DNA of 63,087 bases, counting the filler, from Craspedostauros australis (Eukaryota): NCBI GenBank assembly GCA_030167865.1. It is 9 parts of 9 records of this genome, joined end to end, with 100 filler letters (N's around TTAATTAATTAA, not from the genome) between each part and the next. Parts side by side here need not be neighbours in the genome. Positions count along the whole stretch, not along the records: positions 8,358 to 25,126 come from JALAGF010003422.1; positions 25,227 to 32,326 come from JALAGF010003423.1; positions 32,427 to 38,716 come from JALAGF010003425.1; 6 more parts are not named here. One strand, written 5' to 3'. Every line of letters starts with the position of its first letter. Position 1 is the stretch's first letter. Positions 24,101 through 35,400 of this stretch are shown here, one piece after another. Under the pieces are notes generated by a model that worked only from the letters and a program-made list of their open reading frames with translations, did not search any database and had not been told where the DNA came from. Position numbers and translations under genes: made by a program.

Positions 24101-24920
24101 TCGCAGATGATGGATTATCCAACATGTACTGGCGAGGTATGTCGATGCACATCGCGCGATAGCCATCAGTGCGTTGGATCGCTTGGATAGCGTCGTAGAC
24201 ATGGTTGATGCCATTGACCGAAAGGATGTTGTCGTCGGGGCTGTCCGTGTGGATGATCATGGAGGTAATGCGTCTCTTGGGGAAGGACGACGCAGCGCCA
24301 AACTGCTGCCTGTCCACCCATTCGCTGTCGCGCCTCGCCGGGCCGTTACGCGGCGCCCAGAGGGACATTCCATCGTTATCGACGTAGAAGGATCCCGTGA
24401 GAACGGAGATGCAAGGGATTGCGATGCTGATGATCGTGAGGAAGGCAATGCAGCAGATCGCGTTGTTGGTGGCCGCCAGAGCAAGCGGAATGATCACCTT
24501 GCGCATGATAACTCCATCGACTTTCATGATCCCGCGGGAATAGCGGTAGGCCATGGTGAGTTGTTTCACAGATCGGCGAACCAACGATTCGCGTCGTGGT
24601 CGGGCGCTGATGGGTGCAGAGCCATCCTCTTCTGCCATATCCCTTGGCGACAACGAGCGGCTCGACCTGAAGCTCCAACGCCACGAGGAGCTGGATCTCA
24701 TGTCTTGGCGTCGACACTCGATTTCTCCACCTGTCTCTTCGTCACCGCCGTCGATCAGGTCCGCGCCGGCGAAGCAGACCTTGGCCTGGGCCTGGGCGTC
24801 AGTTTTTTGGTTGGACGACGCATCCGAAACACAGCTGTTGCTGCCGGAGCCTTCGAGGCTGGCTGTGCCGGTCTTGGCATCCGCTGTGGAGGCAGAAGGG
24901 ATGGACGCTTTGTCTGGCAT
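21112..24920 (-). CDS. Patched/NPC1-like sterol-sensing-domain (RND) membrane protein; exons 24920..21734 and 21416..21112
   Basis: SSD motif FGIGLDDAFII. A 317-nt intron GTAAGT...CCCACAG (21733..21417) restores VMAVGFAVDFNVH. The C-terminal TMs end in GLAFLPVLLT. Confidence 0.9.
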
Positions 24921-25635
24921 GGTGAGGGCTTAGGGTTCGTGCTGTTTTGGAGTATTGTGAAGTAGTATGCATGCACTGGTATGAGTATGGCACTGATACT
25001 ACGATCTGTGTCGACGTTTGGCAGATTGCTTCGAGTGTTGGAGGGTCCGGAATGTGCGAGAGCCAGTGTGGTACGGTGGATGATGGCGAATTGGTTGACA
25101 GTACGAGTACTATGTGTCTGTAGAATNNNNNNNNNNNNNNNNNNNNNNNNNNNNNNNNNNNNNNNNNNNNTTAATTAATTAANNNNNNNNNNNNNNNNNN
25201 NNNNNNNNNNNNNNNNNNNNNNNNNNTATTGGGTGGTGAACCATGTCAATTTTGCGATTATTTGTTTCTGACAACAATAGTAGTACCAGTATTGATCCCG
25301 GAAGATGCCAAGCAGCCGCTCACCGGGAATTCTTGGTCCGTGCAATGGCAAGTGGCGCAAAGGGTGTAGATATCGTAGCACTGATGGAACCAAGGCACGG
25401 CGACTTCAATTCCGAAAGGCTGTCGTGCGATGGATTGAACGTGCGCTTGGGTAGAGCGCTGTTGTACCAAGTGCACATGACTCTTTGTACGAGCATGGAC
25501 TTTGCTGTCCGATCCCAACTTTGAAACTAACACATAAAATTGAAATAGTCAGCAACAACTCAGCTCAACACAACCCACAAACAACCATCATCACAGCAGT
25601 AATCGAGCAGAATTGGAGTCGGTGTGGCACCAGGT

Positions 25636-26935
25636 ATGCCACGCTGGAATTCCGAGTCAGAGGCTGCGAAAGACCTTCGTCGACGCATGATCGCAGGCGA
25701 AATTTCCCCAAACATTTCTCCTGACGAAGTCAAACGGTCCTACAAGGAGTTCGAAATCTACGAGTTGGAGCAGATCAAGCGTGCAATCAAGCGCTTGAAG
25801 GATAAGATGGCGGAGCACGCTCGTAAGTACCTGTACATGCACTGCGATGTCTCTTCATTCCCTTGCAATAATCAAACTGATATTTCCGCAACCTTTCTCA
25901 CACTTGTTTGTTGAGTTGACAGGCTCACAAAACCCGTTCAACCCACCTTCGCTCAACCAAATGGTAGAACAAGGTGACATTTTGGCGCAGCAAAACAAAA
26001 AACAACCATATATGCCCGTTGAGGCATTTCTGACAAAAGCATCCGACGTTATGGCCAACGCACCACCAATGACAACCGCCACCACCCCAAAACCAGTGAT
26101 CCACCCACCACCCACCACTCCAACACGTGCCATTCCCGCACCCAAGGCAAACACTGTGGCTGCTGTGACTCCGGATCACACACACGCAAACACCAAACAC
26201 CAACGCGTGGCCGACTGGGTTGAGACCAATCCGAACATCGGCCTCCCTGGCATTCGCCATCACTATCAAGGCTACGGCGGAAGAAGTGTCCTGCAAGTTG
26301 ACTTTGTCTTGCCTGCTGGCGCGTGTTCCGAGGACATTGAGGGTAAAATCATCAGTGTGGGGAGTGACTCCTTCTTGTACGTGACTGTGAAGGAGAACAA
26401 GTCCTTCCTGCACACTGTGGTGCAGGACCGGCACTTGTTGCAACTGCACAACACCAGCAACCCCAACAAACTGTCCAACTACGAGCTCCAAGAGGCTCGC
26501 GCAAAGGGCTACGCGCGCTCCGTGAAAAGGTTCGAACATTCCGATCCGGCATACAGTCGCGTACACAAAGAGAAACTCCCGTTCCATGTCGACGGCGGCT
26601 TCAAGGAGACCACTGACCGGGTCATCACTGGCTGCACGTTCTTGTGCCCTCGCGTTTTACACAACAATCAACGGACCTTTTCGCATGTGCCCATGCTAAT
26701 TGTCCGCATGGTGGAGTCGAACCCTGAGAATCCGATGCCTGTCCCAGCCACTTCCGTGGAAATGGCAGACCAGAACCTCCCCATCGCTGACAAATCCGCT
26801 GACACACCTGCTCTGCCATTCCACCACTTGCCTCATCCCACGTTGTCACCTCGTCTTCATCTGCACTCGATGGTGCCTGTAAGTTGCACGCCACCACAAT
26901 TCGTTGTTTGCCCACACAGAGCCAACCACAACTGA
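25636..26935 (+). CDS. Repeat-borne spliced gene A, copy 3 (exons 25636..25822, 25923..26935)
   Basis: Same sequence and intron as 8767..10066. Confidence 0.7.
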
Positions 26936-27111
26936 CACAGTCGTTTCTGCGTATTTAATTCTTCGCGCCACAAACGCATTCACCATCACAACTCCCAACT
27001 CCCAACACAAAACACAAAACACAACATACCGCACAACCACAAACACAAAACACGAAACCACCGACACCATGGCCATGTCCTACCTCAACGCAGGACAATG
27101 GCCAGCGCTTC

Positions 27112-27800
27112 ATGTCGTACCCCCGTGTCCCAAGCCCCATGTGCCATCCATCCGACACCATCCCAGGCTACATGGGCCAAACCACCGTGGCCCACAACTC
27201 GGGGACGCCCAAGACGGCACCGCCAAGGCTCCTCAGAGATGGCAAAGGCGAAGACACCGCCTTCGTCATCGATGGCGACGGGGACGACAGCAACGCATCG
27301 AACACCGACACCCCAAGTCCACCGCCAACAGTGAGCTCCGCGCCACTCATGGTGGCATCCGCCAATGTGAGGGTCAAGGTGGAGGGTGAGGAGGAGGCAA
27401 AGCGACGACGCAAGGGCCGTCGTCGCGAGAAGCGGCGCGCTCTCACCAAGGCCAGGGATGAAGCATCCGGCAATGATGCGCGAAACCGCCTCCAACGAAT
27501 TCAGCAAACACAAAGGCCAAAGCGACGGTCGAAAAAAAAACATCCTCCAAGAACACAGTGGCACCGTCAACCACCAGAGTGCCAACAGACAAGGGAGAGG
27601 ACAGCCGCAACAAGGATGAAGCCGGCACTGCTTTGCCTAAGAAGGACATGTTGAAGGATAAGAAGAAGCGGGGCGCACCCAATGCAAACGCATTTGGTGC
27701 GCCCTTCACTAGAAGCGTCGCGCAGAACGCGGCGGCAGTGGCAGCCGCGGCCGCGGCAACACGGAACATTGAGGAGCACAAGAAGGACAAGGACGAGTGA
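27112..27800 (+). pseudogene. ORF B, frameshifted by a 67-bp deletion
   Basis: Bases equivalent to 10613..10679 are missing at 27481/27482; the C-terminal part continues in another frame (ORF 27558..27800). Confidence 0.6.
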
Positions 27801-28644
27801 CAAGCAGGAACGGACGAGACCTGTGTCGTCCCTGTGGCAGCATGAATGCATGCTGCCACAGCAACATTAGGAATGAATCAACGTCAAACCAAACTTGACC
27901 AATACATGAATTGCATTGACCATTACCCATAAACAGTATAAAAATCAAGTAGACCAACCAAGATACATTGCCGTCTTTGTAGTCAGTACAGCGAATGCTT
28001 GGCAAATCAATGAAACGAGTTGTGTAGGAAGTACAACACAGAGGCAGGGACTGTTTCCAACTGCTTTTGTTACAGTTGGCGACGACGAGAAACTCCATCA
28101 ATGCACACCTGAGATCGTGTGGATGCGGTTGTTGTTGTGGAAACCATGATGCACATCCCACTTCGGACAACAGTTCGAAACCAGGAATCCGGGCTAAAAC
28201 AGATATTCATCGAACGTACTAACGGACATGATGTAGGACCAACATTGGATGACTGCGAAACACACGATGTCCGATATGCGCACTACTGCTAACTGAAGTA
28301 CGATCATGTGAATCCGAAATCGAACAATACCGCATAATGTCCGCTATTCTGTGTAATATCGCAACTATACGGCAACCTCCCTGGCTGGGGTCGAACTCTC
28401 TTGTTACCTATCATTCTACCGACGCCATTCTCGTACATGCCACATGAACTGACCACCACATCATGCGACTACAAGTACGAGCATGGTGGTGTATATCACA
28501 AATGGAATGGTGTAGCTCGTTGGGATAAGGTAGAGTAGTTTAGAGAGTACTTGTCGTTGATCTAATTGTTTGGTGCAATGGCGGCATGGTGCGTTATGAG
28601 TTAACAATGTCTGAAAATGGATCGGTTGGGCCTTGTTCCGCTCT

Positions 28645-29472
28645 CTAGTATGGCAGCGACCTGATCGTGGCTGGCATGGACCGCGTCATCGACGACGACT
28701 TTGGCTGGTCGTATCGGTTTCTGCTGATGGATTGCAGCTGCCTGGTGCTGCCGCCGCTGCTCTGACTCGCGAGGCTATTGTCGCTGCCGTTGCGCCGGCT
28801 AGATGCCTGCACGGCAGCGATCGCGCTGGCGCTGATAATGTCCCCCACGACGCCGGACACCTTGCGTTTTGGCAAGGGTGGCGAATGCAAGCTGCGGAAC
28901 AAGGTTGCTGCTGCAGCCGCGGCGGCAACCTCGGCCTCTGTGGCGGCTGCCGTGGCGGTGGCGGGCGATAGCAGTGACGTCGTGTCATAACTCTGCGCAG
29001 AAGCCTCTTGGATGGCCATCGAATCGCTTGGTGACCTTGCGATCATCGTGGGAGACACGGCGCAAGGCGATGAGTTTTCTCCCCACCTGCAGGCCGGCGT
29101 GGGTGTCTCGGGATAGAGGAGGGCCTCCTGAGTGCTTGAGCTCGTCCTAGAGTCCGTTTGCGTCGCCGACTTGAACAGCAGCGATGGCAAGAAGTCGCTG
29201 TGCTCATCCCTGGCAGTCGTAACGCATTTGATGGTGGACTTGGCCGCTGCTGTGGCCGCGCAGGTCTCCCAGCGGCTCGAGCTGTGATCCCGGCTGCGGC
29301 GGAACTGATTGCGGCGGCAGCCAGCAGTGCATGCCTGCGCTGTGCATCTCGGGCTGTGGCGGATGATGTCGCAGAATGAGGATGGCGGCAGTCTGGCGTT
29401 GTCATCCTGGATGTGGAGAGGACTGTTGTGCTGGACCGCCAGCCCGCTCATGAATTCGTGGAGAGGAGACAT
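28645..29472 (-). CDS. Hypothetical S/A-rich protein (IQDDNA and SRW motifs)
   Basis: 275-aa ATG ORF. I recall the motif pattern HIQDDNAR...SSSRWE...CRWGE from diatom hypothetical proteins (not searched). Confidence 0.6.
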   Translation of the reverse strand: MSPLHEFMSGLAVQHNSPLHIQDDNARLPPSSFCDIIRHSPRCTAQACTAGCRRNQFRRSRDHSSSRWETCAATAAAKSTIKCVTTARDEHSDFLPSLLFKSATQTDSRTSSSTQEALLYPETPTPACRWGENSSPCAVSPTMIARSPSDSMAIQEASAQSYDTTSLLSPATATAAATEAEVAAAAAAATLFRSLHSPPLPKRKVSGVVGDIISASAIAAVQASSRRNGSDNSLASQSSGGSTRQLQSISRNRYDQPKSSSMTRSMPATIRSLPY

Positions 29473-32426
29473 CTTGTCGAGTAGAGCAGAGTAAGACGAG
29501 TTGCAAGTGGCGCGATAGTGATGTGAAGCGGAGTGGGGTGGAGGAAAGTGGAGTCGTGTGGTTTGGGTTGCTGCTGTTGTCGAATTATGACGGAGGGGAT
29601 GAACGCATCGCAGAGCGCGAACAGCACCAGTTCGAGCGATGGACTTTCGGAATCAATCACTTGTGCGAGATTAATTCAAGGGTCCGAAACCAACACGAAG
29701 CGAGAGGGATGACGCTGGTTGCCCGTTCGCCTTCGGTTTGGTCATGTCAAAGAAGGAATACAACGAGAGATGTTTGTACGTGCGACTGTTGCTGATTGCG
29801 CAACGAAAACTGGTGGACATGAAGAGTCGCGTTTTGTGTCGATCCGAACAACTGCACGAAGTTGTAGATACCTGGCGACACTCGTTGCAAACACACGTCG
29901 GCAAGAATGTGTTCTTTGGCGTAAAAACACCATAAATCGGTAAGTGTGGGCGCAACCTGTCACCTCACACGACGATTTATCACAGGTGGCTTCTTGTCCC
30001 ATCAGGGCTGCTCGGCAGATCACACGGGAACGTAGAAGATCCAAGAAGTCAGGCCTAATTATGGGTTGTGGAAGCCCACAGGTTCGACCGTTCGTTCCGA
30101 AATGGCTCTATTAAGTAGGAAACGCCCTTATGAAGCCTTTGCGTGCAGCGTAGAAATTGCATGCACGAAGTCAATGGAAGCATAAATGAGAATGGCTTAT
30201 GATATTGGTGTGTCTTGACACGCAATACACTCAGCTTAAGCACAAAATGCCCATCAATGCCGTATCAAATAGTCGAATTCTGGTCAAAGCATAAATGTTC
30301 GCTTTGTACCGCCACTGTGACTCAACAGGCATCCAGCGCCGTGGTTCGTGACTTCAGTGCGTGATGGAGACGGATCTGATGCGGTTTCGAGCACCGTTTT
30401 TTCATGTACTCATCGGTTGCACTACCCACAAGATTCTGAGGTGGCCACTTTTTCACCACCTCAGCGAAAACTTGTTTGCGTCATCATACCACTTTCGTCA
30501 GAGCCCGGTATGAGTTTGCAGATCAGCGGGAGCCGAATTGACGCCAACAACAACCGCTGCCATCCTGTTGCCTTTGCCGCCTCTGTGGCGAGCCCTCTTG
30601 TCGTACAGATCGTCAAAGGTCGTAATCCAGGCGATAGAAAAAGAAAACACCGGTGTGGTTGTTTGGATGGCATCGTGCAATGCCCTCCACGGCGCTCCGC
30701 GTACGACTATGGTATGGGATGGCAAGCCTCCACAGGGCCTCGACAGCCGGTAGCACTTGTCTCACCAGCTCTGAGCGGACACGCCACTGCGGGAGGATGT
30801 CACAGGATACGTGGTGGGCGAACATGATGAACCCAAAATCGATGGTCAATTCCTCAGTTGTCATGGTCGCAGGTTTGCGACACTTCTACCCTTGGTGGTC
30901 ATCCATGACCATCTCGGGAGTTGCGACAGTCTCGGTATCGGATTGATGTCTGCGTGTGATCCTTTCTCCTTCCGATGTCATCAACAGCTGCTGAAGAAGC
31001 GACGTTGCTCGCTCTCTCTCTCTCTCTCTCCAGAGGAGACATCGCATCAGCGAACTCACCAACCATGATGCGATCGCATCTTGAAGGCGAGATCTGGACA
31101 TTTGCAACAGCGCTACCGGGTGCGTCGCAGCAGATTTGAGGATTGGGTTCCACAGCAAGGACTATTCTAGTCTTATGTTAAGTCTACGGATTTCCATATT
31201 CGTGATTCAACGTCACAAGACTGAATGCCAGCCAACCCAAACCGCCAAGCCGCAACGTTTTCCGGTCCAGCATCGTCCAGCACGGATGACAAGTCGATGC
31301 AAAGCAAAGGAACGCAATGCAAACGTTCATCAATGAAGTATCATGTCTCATACAGAGATGAGGACATGCTCGGGACGCGTTCGATCAGCGTCGGCAGCAA
31401 TTGGCTGAGCGATTCGACCGGATGGGCCCTTGGTGTTCAATCCGAAGAAGGTGGCGTTGCTTTCCTCACAGGTTCCGTGACAATGGCAGCAACACCACGC
31501 AACGCCCGCGATTTTGCATCGACTGAAGATCGGTGCGCGAAAGCTCGGGTTGCTTTGGAGCACTTTGAACGACGGCCGATGCGACCGCGACGTTGGCATT
31601 GGTGTCCTTCGAAGCGTTTCCGACAGGAAAGGTCGATGAGGATCGGCTTCTGCTATGTTCCATCGTCGCACTCCTCGTCTCAAAATGAGAATCGACACAC
31701 CACGGAACCACCGTGCACAGCAGTTGGCAACATGCATGTTGCTGGCCTCTGTTCCCGGTGGCGTCTTTGGCAATCGGATGTGACGGTTGCAGGAAGTTGA
31801 GGATTCGGAGGGTGCAAGTGCGATACTCGGCGTTGTGGCCAACAGGCTGCTGTTGCTATTCTTCTCTGCAGACGCAGCATCTTCACCCGCAGCATCAGCG
31901 AGGTGAGATTGTGCTGAGAATGAATGAATGAATGAATGCAAGTTACGACACACGTGAAACCGATTTAGAGTGAAAAGAGTAAAGATGCAGATTATGAGTC
32001 TTATCGATGTCGTATACGTCAGTGCAGTTGTCTCATTGCTGTGTTGTCCATGATTGGTANTGGCGGCTATCGTGTAACGTCGTTTCAACGGTTTCATACA
32101 TATCCCGGTTTGGTCCCCTCGATGCGCGGTGGCTGTGCTAGCCGTCGTATCGTCACATTTTGGTTGCATTCGGGATGTACCTGCTGCATGCCCCACATGT
32201 GGACACCACAGGGCGCTCAGCCCACCAACCATGAGCAGAGCCCATGATTGACCACCCTTGGGTACTGTTGCGCAGCGCCGAGGTCAAAAGAGGACCCGTT
32301 GTGCTTGTTCTTTTCGTCTCGGTCCTNNNNNNNNNNNNNNNNNNNNNNNNNNNNNNNNNNNNNNNNNNNNTTAATTAATTAANNNNNNNNNNNNNNNNNN
32401 NNNNNNNNNNNNNNNNNNNNNNNNNN

Positions 32427-35400
32427 TCGTTGTTGGCACCATCTTCTCCGTCTCCATCTGTCATGTCGGCCGCTGCGAACCGCGTCACCGCCACCATGCT
32501 GGGGATGAGAGCAACCTCGGGGACGACCAACCACTCATTCTTCGGGAGGACCAAAGAACTCATCAAGCTCAAATCCATTCACAGTATTGTCATGCAGAAG
32601 AGAAGTCTGCAAACATACACGAATAACACAAGTGGTGACGACCAACAAGAATCGCCACCCATTTATCCAGCCGTTCTGGTGTGGGGGAAGAGCGGAACAG
32701 GCAAGTCCTGCCTGATCGAGCAATTCATCGACGAAGCCTGCTGCACCTGCAACACAAACGTCATCAATTCATCAGCTCCACCACCACCATCGGCAAGGAT
32801 AGACAATGGTAATATCCATACGAGGAGCAACGGTGCTGGAAGACGCAGCAGCAACAGCAGTACCAACACCAGCAACAGCAACAGCACCAACACCTGCGAC
32901 GGGAAAACAAGCCCTCGACATTGTTCCTGTTGCTATGTGTTGCGTGGAAAGTACGATGAAAGCACAGGTGGAAGCGAGCCATTCTCTGCCATCATCCAGG
33001 CTCTCAATGATCTCGTGATGCAACTTCAGCATGGACCACCCGAGGAGCTTGATCGGATGCGGTCGTTGATTCGAAATGCGTTCGACAGCGAGGGTTCCAA
33101 CGGGAACACAAAACAAAGGAACATGAGCTTCACTCATGCCGATAGCACCGGAACTGCCGAAGCTACCGCCGCCGCCGTCAACGACAACAGCGACGGCAAT
33201 GGCGAGACAGAGAGATCAACTACGAGTTCCCAACTCGGACTTTCCCAGTTGATCCCTTTGGTCCCATCCCTCTCCATTCTCTTGAGCGATGACACCAACA
33301 TGTCAAACCCACCCATCGCCCCAAACCTGGAATCGCCGACGGCATCAGATGATGAAGCACCCGTGGCATGTACCCGCATGTCGGTATCGTCGTCCGAATT
33401 ATCAAGTGCACAGCGACCCAATGCATACGACGAATCATCGCCTGCCCAAGGTTCTCAGAATTCATGGAACCGACTCCGGTACATCTTCATCCAATTCATG
33501 AAGACCATCTCGACACCGACCAAGCCAGTGTATCTGTTCCTCGATGATTTGCAGTGGTCGTCCTCTGCTGGGTTGGAACTCGTTGCCATGCTGATCTCTG
33601 ATCCCGAGATGGACAACTTCATGCTGCTTGGCGCCATCCGACAAGACACGGATCCTCAAAACGATGAGATCGTCGATTTGAAGATAGACGCACCTCTGAG
33701 AACTTCGTTCCTCGATCGATTGATCCCGCCTGCTGGAGATAGAGGTGATGGAAATGGAGGCAACGGTGGTGATGACGATAGTAATGATGGCGGCAGCGGC
33801 AGCGGCGGCAGTCAAATATCGAACGGAATGGATCACCTGGAAGACGAAACAAAGCAAGATCACCATCTGCATCTCGAGCAAATCACCATCACAAACCTCT
33901 CCCTCGACGACACAACACAATGGCTGTCCGAGATGTTGGACCGACCATGTGATGACCCTGATCTGATGGTTCTCACAAGGAAGCTGCACAAAAAGACGGG
34001 CGGCAACGTCTTCTTCACAATCAAAGCCATCGAAGAACTGAAGCGCAAGAATATCATCGTGTTCAGCCGCATCACATTCATGTGGGAATGGAACCTGCGA
34101 AGTAAGAGCAAGAATCGCATCTCGAGCGCCCCACTTGGCTTCGGGAAGCATCACGGCTTCCGTGGCGACAGCAATGATAATGACAACCACAACGACGACA
34201 ACGACAGCGACTCCGATGATGATCTTCCCATCAGCGACAACATCGTCACTGCCATCGAGAATCAGCTCCGACAGCTATCTCAAGACCTGCAACATGTGCT
34301 CTCCATCGCTTCATACATCAGAGCTCGATTTGACCTCTTCGTTCTACAAAGAGTCATGGAACAGGAGCAGGCGTATGCCAATTGCACGAATGCGGACACC
34401 ACCCTTGAAGATAGTCAGGCAAATCAAGCCAATGCAAATGACAGCGACCAGCAACCCGCACCTAAATCTACATTCGCATCCGCATCAGCACCCGCATCCG
34501 CATGGACAAAAGCCAGATTGATCTCAATCCTACAACAGGCCATCGCCGAGAGGCTTGTCATCCACTCCACTACCTCCAGGAACACATACCAATTTGCTCA
34601 TGATCGCATCCAGCAAGCGGCATACGGGCTCGTTCCGTACGGTGAGGTCAGGGACAAGCTGAGAGTGAGGATAGGCCGCTGCCTCCTTGACATATACGCG
34701 GAAACACACCCGATCGACTGTATGAGTACTTGGGGCGAAGGCAATCGTATCGATCCCAACGATCATGGCAAGCAACGCATTCACACCGAGCGCACTGAGC
34801 AGGATGGCGGGACAACCGTCGTCGAATCATTGCAGAGGGAAGGGCCACAAGAACATCCCCCGCACCAGCGCGCGCATGCATTTCAACAGGATGATACGCT
34901 CCTCTTCGTTGCGGCAGATCATCTCAACAGCGTCCAAACCAAAGACCACATGTTCTCTGCCACCATGAATCTACACGTCGGTGAAACAGCCCTGGGCATG
35001 GCTGCTCTTGCATCTGCTGCCGGATACTTGCGCAAGGCATCCAATGCACTCCAGCGGGTCCGGAAGCCATGGGAAGAGCACTACGGCATCTCGCTCCGGC
35101 TGCATCAAGCCAGAGCGGAGGCCGAGCTGTCGCTGGGGCACTTCGAGATTGGATACAGGCTCGGAAACGAAGCCATTGACCATGCGAAGACAGTGGACGA
35201 CAAGATTCAGGCGCACCTTTCCATGGCGCTCGCGTTGGGTCGGGAGGATAAACATATCGAGTCACTATCGATGAGTATGCGCTTGGGTCGCATGCTCGGC
35301 ATAGTTCCCCGTCGGTTTTTCCTCGCGCACATCGTCAAGGACATACTGACGATCAAGGCCTATTTCAAACGCCACACGGACGATGACATCTTGGCTTTGC

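Larger units (their letters stand above)
25227..28379 (+). mobile_element. Unclassified repeat, copy 3 (diverged 3' part, 67-bp deletion)
   Basis: Offset 16869 to copy 2 up to 27481, then 16802/16801; same right terminus GGCAACCTC. Confidence 0.75.

Noticed and set aside
29500..32326. Several 100-300 aa ORFs (e.g. 30348..30827, 31225..31800, 31348..32232)
   Set aside because: No motifs or coding-type codon bias, and some cross microsatellites; treated as intergenic.
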